Positions 8,274 to 17,742 of a stretch of 59,621 nt of DNA are shown in pieces; position 1 is the first letter of the stretch, and each line of letters opens with the position of its first letter. The notes beneath the pieces were generated by a model that was not told the origin of the DNA, ran no database searches, and was given only the letters and a program-made list of their open reading frames with translations. The DNA is from a virus (Duplodnaviria > Caudoviricetes), in the IMG/VR virus record IMGVR_UViG_3300049926_000063, positions 1-59,621 of that record; one strand, 5' to 3'. A program made the position numbers and the translations under genes.

Positions 8274-8966
8274 TCATTCAGTGGTTTCAATCGCCTTGAT
8301 GTTCGACAGCAGCCGGTCGAATAGTTGGTTCTCGCCTTCGGTTCTCGGATGCAAACGCCGCGCATCCTCCGCACGCCTTCGTTCGTACCCGCGCCATAGT
8401 CCAATGCCGTCAATGTTGTCGCCCCCGAGCGGTTCAGCCCAGTCTCGATACGTCCGCATCCTAGGCCGTTTCTTTTCCTCTACGGGATCTTGACACCGCA
8501 CTCGCTCGGATTGGTCAACCTTGCTGCCCGCTTCACATTTACCAGTCGAATCGCAAATCACGGCTACGGAGTAAATCGCGCGTCTGCGTTCTTTCTTTTT
8601 CGGGTTGTAGTATGGCACCACTGCACCTCGCCAAACGCAATACGAGTGCGGCACAATAACTAGGCCAACGCCTCCGCAAAGAGAACAGACTTCGCCAGCA
8701 TCGGCCGTTGTCGCCTGCATCGCCCTGGTTCGCTGGCGAACCTCGGCAAGTTCCTTGTGAATCGCATTCGTCAGTTCGTTCGGCCACTGAGGAACCCGGC
8801 CCTCAGAGACGAGCCGGTAAACGCATTCGCCGAGCTCGAATGCACTCGCAGACCAATCTTCGCAAAACACTCTCGCGTTTGCGCTGAGCACATCCGCGAA
8901 TCGTTCACCGCCTCCGAGGGCAGCATTTGCGATTGGCACCCATTCTGAAAACTGCTCAGAGGTCAT
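8274..8966 (-). CDS. Hypothetical replication-linked Zn-finger protein
   Basis: TAATG overlap with rep gene; CSLCGGVG motif. Confidence 0.65.
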   Translation of the reverse strand: MTSEQFSEWVPIANAALGGGERFADVLSANARVFCEDWSASAFELGECVYRLVSEGRVPQWPNELTNAIHKELAEVRQRTRAMQATTADAGEVCSLCGGVGLVIVPHSYCVWRGAVVPYYNPKKKERRRAIYSVAVICDSTGKCEAGSKVDQSERVRCQDPVEEKKRPRMRTYRDWAEPLGGDNIDGIGLWRGYERRRAEDARRLHPRTEGENQLFDRLLSNIKAIETTE

Positions 8967-9781
8967 TAGCCGTCCACCTGTTTTGCGAACTCTTCGAGGG
9001 TAGGAATCCGGGATTTGTGTCCGTTCACGCTCGGCTTCGCGCCGCGATCCTGAACACGAGCGAACCAACCAGCGAGGAACTTTCCCATCCCAGCCGGGGT
9101 TTTTCTTTTTGATGGCGAATCGATGCACCACTGACGCGCCTTCCGAGCTTCAGCGAGAACGTCAACGCCTGGAAAACTCTCGCGGTACTCGGCGAGTTTC
9201 GCGGCCGTGAGATTCCATTCTTTTGAAGACTGTTTCCCAACGACCGGAAAAGTCAAAACCGGCGGCTCGGACGCCGAGGCATCGCCCGGCTCCGAGCAGA
9301 TTGATTCTTGCTCTTGCTCTTGCTCTTGCTCTTGCTCTTGCTCTTGAATTGGCGAACGTTGTGGGCAACGTTCTCGAAACGTTTGGCGAACGTTTACCGG
9401 CAAGTATCGAAAATTGCTTGAAAACAGGTTAATTAGTGGTGTTTCAGGCAAGTCCTCCAAGTCCTTGAGATTACCAGCAAGCACATTACTGTTCTCGGGA
9501 GGGTTGTACTTCCACCATGTCGGGAAATAGAGGACTCGACGCTCTGAATCCCACTGCCAATTCATCGTTCGGCAGACGTTACCGAAACGTTCCGTAAACG
9601 TCTTCGGAGAGATGCCGCACTCCTCGGCGGCCATCGCCGGACTCATGACAAATATCCCGCAGCGGTTCACGGCTGGAGTCGTCAGGCAGTAGAGGCCGAC
9701 GAACTTCTCGCCTTCGGAGAGGCCGACGAACTTCTCGTCGCGCCAAATACGGGGGTCGATCTTGCGGTATCTCTGTGCCAT
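8966..9781 (-). CDS. Phage replication initiator (O-like/replisome organizer)
   Basis: YRKIDPRIWRDEKF..LS N-terminus, QE linker, C-terminal W......RKT..GM.KFL..W..R.QD domain. Confidence 0.8.
   Translation of the reverse strand: MAQRYRKIDPRIWRDEKFVGLSEGEKFVGLYCLTTPAVNRCGIFVMSPAMAAEECGISPKTFTERFGNVCRTMNWQWDSERRVLYFPTWWKYNPPENSNVLAGNLKDLEDLPETPLINLFSSNFRYLPVNVRQTFRERCPQRSPIQEQEQEQEQEQEQESICSEPGDASASEPPVLTFPVVGKQSSKEWNLTAAKLAEYRESFPGVDVLAEARKARQWCIDSPSKRKTPAGMGKFLAGWFARVQDRGAKPSVNGHKSRIPTLEEFAKQVDG
9306..9346. repeat. (TCTTGC)6+ tandem repeat encoding the QEQEQE linker
   Basis: Direct reading. Confidence 0.9.
9355..9602. promoter_or_regulatory. Putative replication origin iterons inside rep gene
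   Basis: AACGTT at 9355, 9367, 9378, 9389 and (A/G)ACGT(T/C) at 9575, 9586, 9597; 11-12 bp spacing. Confidence 0.6.
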
Positions 9782-9808
9782 CGCTGTGCGTCCTTGCTGT
9801 CAAAGTTT

Positions 9809-10261
9809 TCAGAAATCGTCAGAGTCAACCGTCTGGCGCTTGATGCCTAGTTCCTGGCGAAGTTGCTCAATCTCGATGGTCCACGATGGCGGTTCGTCTG
9901 CACACCCCTGGCCGCCAACCTTGTTGGAAACATCATCGAAGTCTTCGGTGAGGGAATTAAGCCTGTCAATGGCTTCGCCAAGCCGCTCGTCCATCTCATC
10001 CAGGCGGGGAAGTATCCATCGAGCCATTGCCACATAGGTTTGCAGTTCCGGAGTGAAGTTGAACCACTCGTTGCTTGCCTTCAGGTGCGCGAAGTCGCTG
10101 TGAAGTTTCGACTCCTTGCGCTTGTCGCCGGCGATTACCACCAAGAGGCGCAGCGGGTAGCAATTACTGGTCTGCAACTCGCCAAGCCGCTCCAGTGGCT
10201 CTCGTTCGGTGAACCCGATTTTCAGAAACGGAGCTCCGATAGTTTCAATGAAGTAGATCAC
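9809..10261 (-). CDS. GIY-YIG-like (T5orf172/MUG113) domain protein
   Basis: IYFIE....LKIGFT....RL.ELQT...E.KLH..F...NEWF. Confidence 0.85.
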   Translation of the reverse strand: MIYFIETIGAPFLKIGFTEREPLERLGELQTSNCYPLRLLVVIAGDKRKESKLHSDFAHLKASNEWFNFTPELQTYVAMARWILPRLDEMDERLGEAIDRLNSLTEDFDDVSNKVGGQGCADEPPSWTIEIEQLRQELGIKRQTVDSDDF

Positions 10262-10270
10262 AGTGGCTCC

Positions 10271-10570
10271 TTACTTGACCATCCGATACTCATACACGCC
10301 CACCGACCCGACAACTTTTCTTCGCTCGATGGTGTGCGATCCCCACCGTTCTTTTCGAAGGTCTCTGACTCTTGCCGATACCGACTGCGTAGACGCCGCT
10401 GCCCGCTCAGCCAGGCTCGGCAGCGTCCACCACGAGCCGTCGCCCAGGCAGGTCGCCACGATGTCAAGTTGCCGGGACAGGCGCGAGGCGTCAGCACCGT
10501 CGCCCGTCTCTTGGCCTCCCAACTCCTCTTCCATCGCGAAGACGTTCAGCAGGTTGATTGCGCCGTCCAT
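10271..10570 (-). CDS. Winged-helix DNA-binding protein
   Basis: WWTL..LA......SVSARVRDLRK..G.HTIERR...EYR. Confidence 0.7.
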   Translation of the reverse strand: MDGAINLLNVFAMEEELGGQETGDGADASRLSRQLDIVATCLGDGSWWTLPSLAERAAASTQSVSARVRDLRKERWGSHTIERRKVVGSVGVYEYRMVK

Positions 10571-10580
10571 GTTCACTCGC

Positions 10581-11363
10581 TCACGGGGTTCCGAGGTACA
10601 GTGGGATCGGTGACTTATCTCCAAGCAGAGCCCCCAGCGTCGTCTCCAGCCACGTCTCACCCGTCGTCCATGCCTTTTCGATCTCGCCGGGAAGAACCGT
10701 CAGCGTGAACCGCTCGTTCTCGGCGTTGAGATCCAGGTCGCACCGGATGACGGCGCGAGCGGGGAGACTGCCAGCCGAGAAGATCGGCACATCGAATTGC
10801 ACGACATCGGGGATGGCGTTCGCACCGGACATCTCAGCGATGTCGCTCCTGTTCATGCTCACCTTCCCCTTCTGCTGCTCGGCAACGACCGTCTTGCCCT
10901 TCTGGAGATTCACCTTGCGGACGTTGCTCAACAGGTCGTCGGTCGTGCTGCCGAAGAGCGTGGTGCGAAGGACGCGGATGAGTGCCGACTGGTCGTAGTT
11001 CCGGCCGCCAGATTCACCAGCAACGCCGATGAGGTAGGCGAGTTGCGGGCTTGGCGATAGGTCGAAGCGGCAGCGGTCAGCCGCTGGGTTGCCCGGTTCG
11101 TGGGAAGCCTTGACGCCGAGGCGCGAGAACCAAATGGTCGCCGGCTCACCGAGTTTCGTTGTCCATTCAACGAGCGTTTCGATTGAGCCAGCAATGTGGT
11201 CAACCGGCGGAGCCTCGGCCGTCACGAGCGTCAACTCTTCGTCGGCGCCTTGGACGTAATAGCGATTCTTCGGCTCGGCCGGGGCCGGAATGATTCGCTG
11301 GCTTGGCGGCGGTCCGAACTTCGACGCGAGGAATTCGAGCGAGTCTTTCGGGAGCATGTTCAT
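10581..11363 (-). CDS. Conserved phage protein (DUF2303-like position and size)
   Basis: Paired with the upstream small gene; ends in the IPLYLGTP motif. Confidence 0.55.
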   Translation of the reverse strand: MNMLPKDSLEFLASKFGPPPSQRIIPAPAEPKNRYYVQGADEELTLVTAEAPPVDHIAGSIETLVEWTTKLGEPATIWFSRLGVKASHEPGNPAADRCRFDLSPSPQLAYLIGVAGESGGRNYDQSALIRVLRTTLFGSTTDDLLSNVRKVNLQKGKTVVAEQQKGKVSMNRSDIAEMSGANAIPDVVQFDVPIFSAGSLPARAVIRCDLDLNAENERFTLTVLPGEIEKAWTTGETWLETTLGALLGDKSPIPLYLGTP

Positions 11364-11466
11364 CGAGTCCTTTCAGGTTGAGGGGAAAACGCTCCGATTC
11401 CCACCCCGCTCGGAGCAACACGGGAAATGAGGCGATTCGCGGTGCGCCGCGTCTCGCTAGTGGCTC

Positions 11467-11805
11467 TCAGTCGTCGGTAGCGCCAGCACCGGGAAGTGCG
11501 GCCTGGTCAGGGTTTTCAGAGCAGTCGGGATTGAAGATGAGACCGCCAGCACGCTCATCCACCTTGGCTCGCGTCTTCGGCGGCTTGTAACCGGGGATCT
11601 TTACGCCGACCTCGACATCGATCTCACATCCGGTTTCGTCGGGAGTGAATTGGATTTTCAGATTGAGCGTGCGGGTTTTGCCGTCGCCGCCACGTTCGAT
11701 AATGTCCTCCGTGACTCGCTTGAGTCCGGAGTCGATCGCCCGCCCAGCGTAGCCGTCGGCAAGCTGGGATAGGGTGATACCTTGAACGATCATCTTCTTT
11801 GCCAT
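11467..11805 (-). CDS. Conserved phage protein, partner of 10581-11363
   Basis: L..LADG......L.RV.EDI...KTRTLNLKIQFTP pattern; aagga RBS. Confidence 0.6.
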   Translation of the reverse strand: MAKKMIVQGITLSQLADGYAGRAIDSGLKRVTEDIIERGGDGKTRTLNLKIQFTPDETGCEIDVEVGVKIPGYKPPKTRAKVDERAGGLIFNPDCSENPDQAALPGAGATDD

Positions 11806-12156
11806 GTCAGGAATCCTTTCGAGTAGAGTGAATCGCTTAGACCCTTGCGGACTTCCCCGTCTCCGTAAGCGTCTCCATCTGCTTCGCTATGAACGCATCG
11901 AGATCCGCTTGGCTCAGGTGCGTCGTTGCCGAGTCGTTCTTTGTCTTGCGGTCCTGGAAGTCGCCTTTAGGTTTCTTTCGCTTCCGAAGCTCCTTGTGCC
12001 GCTTGCACCGCACAGAGCCGGGAACCGGGGGCTCTTTACACCCGTGGTCAACACACAGTCCGGCTTGCTTCTGTAGCCTGTAAAGGTCGCGAAGCCTCAG
12101 TTCCATAGATTGCTCCAACATCGTCAAGCTCAGTAGTGGTAATGTCTCGCGATTAT

Positions 12157-13317
12157 CTACACTCCCGCCGCCTGTAGCTTGGGTGCCTTCAGCCGCTTGC
12201 GGAAGTCGTCGTAGACTTGCAGACACTGAGTCGGGTTCAAGTCACCCAACGGTACCCCGTTGAACGTCTGGCAAATGTCATCGAGGAGCATCAGGTATTC
12301 GTACTCCTCGTGGGCCGCGACTTTCTCCGCGAGCTTGGCGAGGGCGGATGGCGAAATGGAGTCGGCATCAGTAGGGGTTGCCTTGGCTCCAGAGCCGTTG
12401 GTCTCGTTCAAAGTCGCCGTCGGGGGGCGGCTCTGCTCACCCTCCGGAGCCTTCGGCATGAGTTCGGCCTTCCGCGCATCTTTCGCAGCGACGTGCTTTG
12501 TCTTTTGATCTCCGTTCAGGCTCAGCCACAGCTTTTGCAAGTCAGGCAATCCCGCACACGCCTTGAATTCGGCGTCAATGTCGCGAGGCTTCTCCTCCGG
12601 AGCAGACAGCCACCAATCAAACAGCGGCTTCCAGAATTCAGGGCCGGGGCACTTTCCAACCTTGCCATCGAGAGCCGTGCAGCCGCGAACCTTTTCGACG
12701 TGCGCCGCGTGGTCCTCGGTATCCATGCGAACCACCACATCGAACTCATACTCAGCGCCGTCCCGCTGGTCCGTCTTCATGCCGACTTTCTTGATCTTGT
12801 CCTTGCCGTTGTTCCCCGCCACCCGCTCGTATTCGGACTTCACACGCATCGTGGAGATTAAGTGAGCTTTGCTGTCAGTCAGGGTCGCCAGCATGTTCCG
12901 CTGTGCTGGTGTGACACTGGCCCACCCGCCGAACTTGTCCCCGCGATTGCGCTGGGAGTAATCGTCCACCTGCTGCATTGCCCCATGCCATGCGTGAGTT
13001 AGCGAATCGAAAATAATGATGTCGTAGCCTTGCTGAGTCAGGTACTTGTAACACTCTGTGTAGCCGTCCGGGTTCTGTACTTCGGCCGGGATTTGACAGA
13101 CCTCGTATTCCCACTTCTCGCCGTCCTGAGTGATGCCGTCATAGAGGCCAGCCGATTCGTTCTCCGAGTCGGCGACCACGATCCGCTTGCCGATACCAGC
13201 CCGTCGCATGGCGAACGCCAGACGGAGAGCCGTGTAGGTTTTTCCGCTGCCGCTGAGCCCTTCGAGGTTGATTTTCAACGGGCGTCTGGAGCGTTTCGCT
13301 TTCTTCACTTCGAACAT
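12157..13317 (-). CDS. AAA_24 ATPase (Sak4-like recombination protein)
   Basis: GLSGSGKT, IIFDSLTHAW, TMRVK.EY, QRDGAEYEFD. Confidence 0.88.
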   Translation of the reverse strand: MFEVKKAKRSRRPLKINLEGLSGSGKTYTALRLAFAMRRAGIGKRIVVADSENESAGLYDGITQDGEKWEYEVCQIPAEVQNPDGYTECYKYLTQQGYDIIIFDSLTHAWHGAMQQVDDYSQRNRGDKFGGWASVTPAQRNMLATLTDSKAHLISTMRVKSEYERVAGNNGKDKIKKVGMKTDQRDGAEYEFDVVVRMDTEDHAAHVEKVRGCTALDGKVGKCPGPEFWKPLFDWWLSAPEEKPRDIDAEFKACAGLPDLQKLWLSLNGDQKTKHVAAKDARKAELMPKAPEGEQSRPPTATLNETNGSGAKATPTDADSISPSALAKLAEKVAAHEEYEYLMLLDDICQTFNGVPLGDLNPTQCLQVYDDFRKRLKAPKLQAAGV

Positions 13318-13359
13318 GGGTGGAAAACCTCTGATAAGGAAAACACTGGAACACATCAG

Positions 13360-13449
13360 TACGGTCGTGAGGATTCGAACCTCTCAGCATCCACGGCCCA
13401 CCCGAAACCATTTGGCCGCAACAAGCGGCCTGGGCCGTCGCCGACCGTG
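13360..13449 (-). ncRNA. tRNA-like structured RNA candidate
   Basis: Closing stem acggtcg/cgaccgt, T-arm GGTTCGAATCC, internal stem acggccca/tgggccgt; no D arm or canonical anticodon arm. Confidence 0.45.
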
Positions 13450-13453
13450 AAGG

Positions 13454-13645
13454 TTATTTCGTCTCGTGATAAGTGAAGATCACAACGCCCTTTCCGGGCC
13501 GAACCTCCACTAGAAACCTCTGACTCTTTGACTCGTAGACCCGGACCATTCCGTCCTCGGGGTCTTCACGCCAGTATGGTTCTTTGAGCAGATTCGCTCC
13601 GTAGTCAGACTTCATCATCATCGCGTCGATGTCGGCGTTCTTCAT
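13454..13645 (-). CDS. Hypothetical protein
   Basis: ATGA overlap, ggagg RBS. Confidence 0.5.
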   Translation of the reverse strand: MKNADIDAMMMKSDYGANLLKEPYWREDPEDGMVRVYESKSQRFLVEVRPGKGVVIFTYHETK

Positions 13646-14169
13646 GCGCAGGCCTCCGCAAACAATCCCACTTCTCCAAAGTCCGGATCGAACCATGACC
13701 CCGACTCGGTTTCTTGTTCTTCTTGTTCCGGCATACCCGCCCACGGCTTCGCGCCGTCTACCAAGCCCGCTGCGATAGCGCGACACGCAAGGCTCCGGTG
13801 CTTGCAAACGTCCACCTTGCACACCGTCGCCATGCAACTGCACTCGAAGGCGTTCGGGCCGACTGTCACGAGGTAGGGGCCGATGCGCTCATTGGGCGAC
13901 TTCGGGGGTTCGGGATTAAGATCCTCGAACACGAACTGGAAGCACATCCCTCCAATTACTTCCCCCATGAACACCACCTGATATTGGTCGCTGTAAATCT
14001 TGTTGCCGCTACGCTGGCCGCATTGCTGATGGATGCTCGCCGCGTAGTGGCCTTGGACGTTGCGATCCTTGCTGATGAAGCTGATGCCGGGCGTCCACAA
14101 TGCCCATCGACGGCTGTAGCTCGCCGTGGGGGTCATTTCCAACCACTGTTGATCCATCACAGTCAGCAT
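13642..14169 (-). CDS. SWIM zinc-finger protein
   Basis: FECSC...CKH motif. Confidence 0.7.
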   Translation of the reverse strand: MLTVMDQQWLEMTPTASYSRRWALWTPGISFISKDRNVQGHYAASIHQQCGQRSGNKIYSDQYQVVFMGEVIGGMCFQFVFEDLNPEPPKSPNERIGPYLVTVGPNAFECSCMATVCKVDVCKHRSLACRAIAAGLVDGAKPWAGMPEQEEQETESGSWFDPDFGEVGLFAEACA

Positions 14170-14226
14170 GTGACACCCCCACACTCCCCACGCCACCGGC
14201 ACGACGAATGATGATGACCACGAGGG

Positions 14227-14904
14227 CTATCGATTTTCTTCGTAGTTTCGTGCTGCCTTGACTTCGCGGAGACATTCTTCGCAGTAATCACCGTCCTTGA
14301 TGCCGTGTTCGCACGCTGTCCATTCGTCCCCAACGAGTAGTTGCAATAGCCGAATCACGTCCTGCCGAGTTTCAAGAACGAGTATCGCGAAGTGGCTCTC
14401 GCAAGGCCTCTCCAACGGTGTCAGGTTCGGGCCGTGCGACGGCGCGACCGTCCAGACGAACGGTCCGACGTTGTAGCCTTCCTCTGCTGAACGAATGGAA
14501 TGAATCGTCCAGTTGGCGTAGTCGATACCGCGTTGGGCATCCCTCCAGCCTTCCGGGCGAATGACATGAAGCCACTCGACAGTAATTGAGTGAGCGTGTT
14601 TGATCGGTTCTGGTTGCGGCTTCAGTTTGTCGGGCAAGCACGCATCGTGAAGGAAATACTCCGGATGAATCCGCGAGTCCTTCGGAGTCATGACCTTCCC
14701 GCACTTACCGCAAATCGGTTGATCCATTCGGTCCATTTCGTCTCCTTCGCGATGGTCATAAAGCCACTGAACAAGACGACGCGGTTCGGGGTCATTGAAG
14801 GCATCGTAATAGCTCTGACATTTGCCACATCGGACATCGCGGTCCGGAGCCATCGTGTTGCAGCACGTCCCGCATCCAAGGCATCGGTAGAAGTAAATCG
14901 TCAC
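14227..14904 (-). CDS. Hypothetical Zn-ribbon protein
   Basis: GTG start after ggaggg; several CxxC pairs. Confidence 0.55.
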   Translation of the reverse strand: MTIYFYRCLGCGTCCNTMAPDRDVRCGKCQSYYDAFNDPEPRRLVQWLYDHREGDEMDRMDQPICGKCGKVMTPKDSRIHPEYFLHDACLPDKLKPQPEPIKHAHSITVEWLHVIRPEGWRDAQRGIDYANWTIHSIRSAEEGYNVGPFVWTVAPSHGPNLTPLERPCESHFAILVLETRQDVIRLLQLLVGDEWTACEHGIKDGDYCEECLREVKAARNYEENR

Positions 14905-14917
14905 GCCGACACCCTCC

Positions 14918-14969
14918 GTGTAGCCGCTATTGCTATAGCCACTATTGCTACACCGATGGCGTTCGTCAA
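14918..14969 (-). promoter_or_regulatory. Internal promoter with tandem 15-bp operator repeats
   Basis: tagccgctattgcta / tagccactattgcta flanked by gtgtagc...gctacac; TTGACG on the minus strand upstream. Confidence 0.55.
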
Positions 14970-14996
14970 GCCTCTGCGCCCGCTTTTCCGATGGAA

Positions 14997-15254
14997 TTAC
15001 TTGAGAAGTTTGGTCAGGTCGATTCCGCGAATTCGGGCCATGCACCGGACGTGCTTGGCGTAGCTCAGCGTGATATGTTGCCGCTTGAATTTCGTGCCCT
15101 CGAAGCGAATGACGCTCCGAAGGCCGATGCCGAGTTCTTCGGCCATTTGGACTTGAGTTATCTTGAATGCCGCGCGAATCCGAGCGAACTGCGCCCCGGT
15201 CAGGGCGTCGGCGTCCATCGGCTCGCGTTTTTTGGGTGGGCTCACGGCTTTCAT
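14997..15254 (-). CDS. XRE-family HTH regulator
   Basis: FARIRAAFKITQVQMAEELGIGLRSVIRFE. Confidence 0.8.
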   Translation of the reverse strand: MKAVSPPKKREPMDADALTGAQFARIRAAFKITQVQMAEELGIGLRSVIRFEGTKFKRQHITLSYAKHVRCMARIRGIDLTKLLK

Positions 15255-15299
15255 TTCTTACTCTCGCTCGGCCCGTCCGGGTAGGGGTGTGGGGGGTCG

Positions 15300-16577
15300 T
15301 CATGATGGGGCGACTCCTGAAAACATCGAGGGCGTGACGGTGGCGAGTCGCCGGGAGCATAGGGCTACTTGCGACTCACGGAGATCGCAGCCGATGAACC
15401 GGCGGCCGTGCTCGAAGGCCGCGTGACAGACCGTGCCCGAGCCTGAGAATGGGTCACAGACGACGCCATTGGGTGGGGCGAACGACTTCACGAAGAACGT
15501 GGGCAAGTCCAAGGGGAACGGCGCTTCGTTGGAATGCGAGATCGCGTGGCCCATCTGACCACCACCGACGGTTAGCCGAAGAATCTCCGGCATGGACTCG
15601 TCGGCGACTTCGAGCAGCTTCAGGAGCTCGTAAACCTCGGAGAGCGAGTATTGGGGCTCGTATACGTTACCTGGATTCGCCATCGCGGGCGGAAGATAAC
15701 TCTGAACTTCGGTTGTGCCGTCCGGGAGTGGGGCGGTCATTAGCTTCCCACCTTCCCTAAGAACCTGCCGGTTAGCCACACCCCGCTGGCGAATACCAGA
15801 TGTCTCCCGAACATTCTTCGGCTTCGGTTGTTTGATCTTGTTCTGAACGCCCGTGTGCATCCCCTCCCGAAGCCACGCAGGAACCTCTTTGGCCTCGCCC
15901 TTCGAGGTCATCTTGTGTGAGGGCCTTGCTTTGCCGTTAGACTTGATGTTGCCATCTGCGTCTTTGTTCCCAGCGCCGGTATCCGATCCAATTTTCCCCC
16001 ACTGATTGACCCGCGTCCCATCACTTAGCATGTGACTCATCTCACCGCCTGGAGCCCACTTCGGTGTATGCCCGCAAGCCGTGTTGTCCGACCACGGCAA
16101 ACGTCCTTCCCGCGTGACACACAGAATCGGCTCATAGTCGTTCCGCAGCCAATCCGGCCCGCCAGAGCCGGGGATGCCGACACGGTGGAAGATCGGCGGC
16201 TTCCTCAAGTTGAAACCGGCGCGATGCAAGTCCGCGAACAGCAGGAACGGAGCTCCGGAGTAGCGATAGCCCCGCGTCTGGCCTTCGCAGTTGACGGCAA
16301 TCAACCCCCGAACTTTCGGAGCCGCCGCCGAAACAACGCGGACCATCCAATCGACCCATTGCTGACCGCCAACCATCTTTTCACCAATTCCGTATGTCCG
16401 GGCGAGCTCGTAAGGCGGGCTCGTGAATAGCAAATCAACCGAATCGTCGGGGAGCGAATCGAGGAACGCGACCGCATCCGTGGCCTCGCACGACCACCGT
16501 GCATCGCCGTTCAGTACATCGCTCGCCGTCGGCATCTCGATCGCCACTTCAATCACCTCTTCAATTGGCATCTTCAA
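15300..16577 (-). CDS. Beta-class amino DNA methyltransferase (SPPY, m4C/m6A) with long insertion
   Basis: DLLFTSPPY; APFP; VCDPFSGSGT; GRRFIGCDL. Confidence 0.9.
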   Translation of the reverse strand: MKMPIEEVIEVAIEMPTASDVLNGDARWSCEATDAVAFLDSLPDDSVDLLFTSPPYELARTYGIGEKMVGGQQWVDWMVRVVSAAAPKVRGLIAVNCEGQTRGYRYSGAPFLLFADLHRAGFNLRKPPIFHRVGIPGSGGPDWLRNDYEPILCVTREGRLPWSDNTACGHTPKWAPGGEMSHMLSDGTRVNQWGKIGSDTGAGNKDADGNIKSNGKARPSHKMTSKGEAKEVPAWLREGMHTGVQNKIKQPKPKNVRETSGIRQRGVANRQVLREGGKLMTAPLPDGTTEVQSYLPPAMANPGNVYEPQYSLSEVYELLKLLEVADESMPEILRLTVGGGQMGHAISHSNEAPFPLDLPTFFVKSFAPPNGVVCDPFSGSGTVCHAAFEHGRRFIGCDLRESQVALCSRRLATVTPSMFSGVAPS

Positions 16578-16855
16578 GGCTTCGCATCATCAAGTTTCAG
16601 GTCGTAATCGGGGTTCCAGATTCTGAGGATTGCGTCTCGTGTCATCGAGTAGAGCATTGATCTCTGCTGAGCCTCTTCCGCTCGAAACACAAAGCCATCG
16701 GCGGCCAGTTCGCCAGCGTGTTCTGCTGTCGATTTTGTCAACACGTCGAGCGCGGCGATCATTTCGACAATCTCGGATGTGGCCGAATATCCACATTCCA
16801 AGACTTCCTTCGCGGCATTCACAGCCGTTTCATCGGCGTAGTCTGCTACCGGCAT
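16574..16855 (-). CDS. Hypothetical protein
   Basis: Operon-coupled ORF. Confidence 0.5.
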   Translation of the reverse strand: MPVADYADETAVNAAKEVLECGYSATSEIVEMIAALDVLTKSTAEHAGELAADGFVFRAEEAQQRSMLYSMTRDAILRIWNPDYDLKLDDAKP

Positions 16856-16872
16856 AGTTCACACCTGATGGG

Positions 16873-17127
16873 TCAGGTCAGTTCGCATTCCGGGTGCGGA
16901 CCATTCTCAAGCATCTCATCGAAGCCAAGCTCCACGGACGAATTCTCGCCCACGATGTCCGATAGCTTCTGCTCCAAGGCGCACGCCGGGCAGTTGTCGT
17001 GGTGAACTGCGGGATGGTCTGGGCAACCCAATTCCAGCATCACGTCCGCCACCGCACCGAAGGCTTCGAAAAGAGCCTTGCGATGGTCTCGCATGTTCTT
17101 CGCAGCGGAGGCCGATAGTTCGTTCAT
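16873..17127 (-). CDS. Hypothetical protein
   Basis: ORF with gaggt RBS. Confidence 0.45.
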   Translation of the reverse strand: MNELSASAAKNMRDHRKALFEAFGAVADVMLELGCPDHPAVHHDNCPACALEQKLSDIVGENSSVELGFDEMLENGPHPECELT

Positions 17128-17241
17128 CGAAAGCACCTCGCTCGTTCAAACAGGTCCGTTCGCCCCACGACGGGCCGCTCCTCTTCCCTGCGAGCACGGA
17201 ACGCCAGCCGCGGCACCCCATTGGGTGGGGACGCGGCGGAC

Positions 17242-17742
17242 TCAAATGCCAGCCAGTCGCCATACATGCGTCGGACGCCAACCGCCGTCAGCGCGAGGTA
17301 TCGCTGCCGTGAGAGCGGGGACAATTTCTGACTTCCATGAATCAAACGTCCTGACCCCACCGTTCACGTCGAACACCATCGCGGCGTCACCGTCTGCCCA
17401 CGTTGCTATCCAGTGCGTCTGCCGGTATGCCCATTTCGGATTCATGCCGGGAACCGTCCACGGTCCCAACCACTGAATGCGAACGAGCGAGATTCGCGGC
17501 CGATAGAACAGCCCCTCGATGCTGATCGGTCCAGGCGTGAAGCTCTTGGACAATGCCGATAGAGCGGCTTTCATCATCGTTGGGCTCGTGTACCTCTTCG
17601 CTTCGAAGTCCGGAATGGCGTGGCGAACCGTTGATAGCGGCAGTTGCAAGGCGAACGCCAAGGCATTCGGCCCGCAGTTAGCGCCCCACTCCTCGTAAGC
17701 GGTTTGGGAGTCGGCTTCGGTGAATGGATAGATCAGCGTCAC
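17242..17742 (-). CDS. Papain-fold (C39-like) putative cysteine peptidase
   Basis: NCGPNALAF (Cys), THWI (His), VFD.N. Confidence 0.5.
   Translation of the reverse strand: MTLIYPFTEADSQTAYEEWGANCGPNALAFALQLPLSTVRHAIPDFEAKRYTSPTMMKAALSALSKSFTPGPISIEGLFYRPRISLVRIQWLGPWTVPGMNPKWAYRQTHWIATWADGDAAMVFDVNGGVRTFDSWKSEIVPALTAAIPRADGGWRPTHVWRLAGI

Noticed and set aside
9306-9346. Hexamer repeat as a phase-variation switch
   Set aside because: A 6-bp unit keeps the frame; QE linkers are common in phage initiators
13360-13449. Canonical tRNA gene
   Set aside because: No D arm or 7-nt anticodon loop; kept only as tRNA-like
14905-15360. Long N-terminal extension of the 377-aa ORF 14227-15360
   Set aside because: Overlaps the XRE gene and operator region; a better RBS-supported start is at 14904
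15600-16050. Methyltransferase insert as an intein or intron
   Set aside because: No C/S...HN splice termini or endonuclease motifs; the frame is continuous
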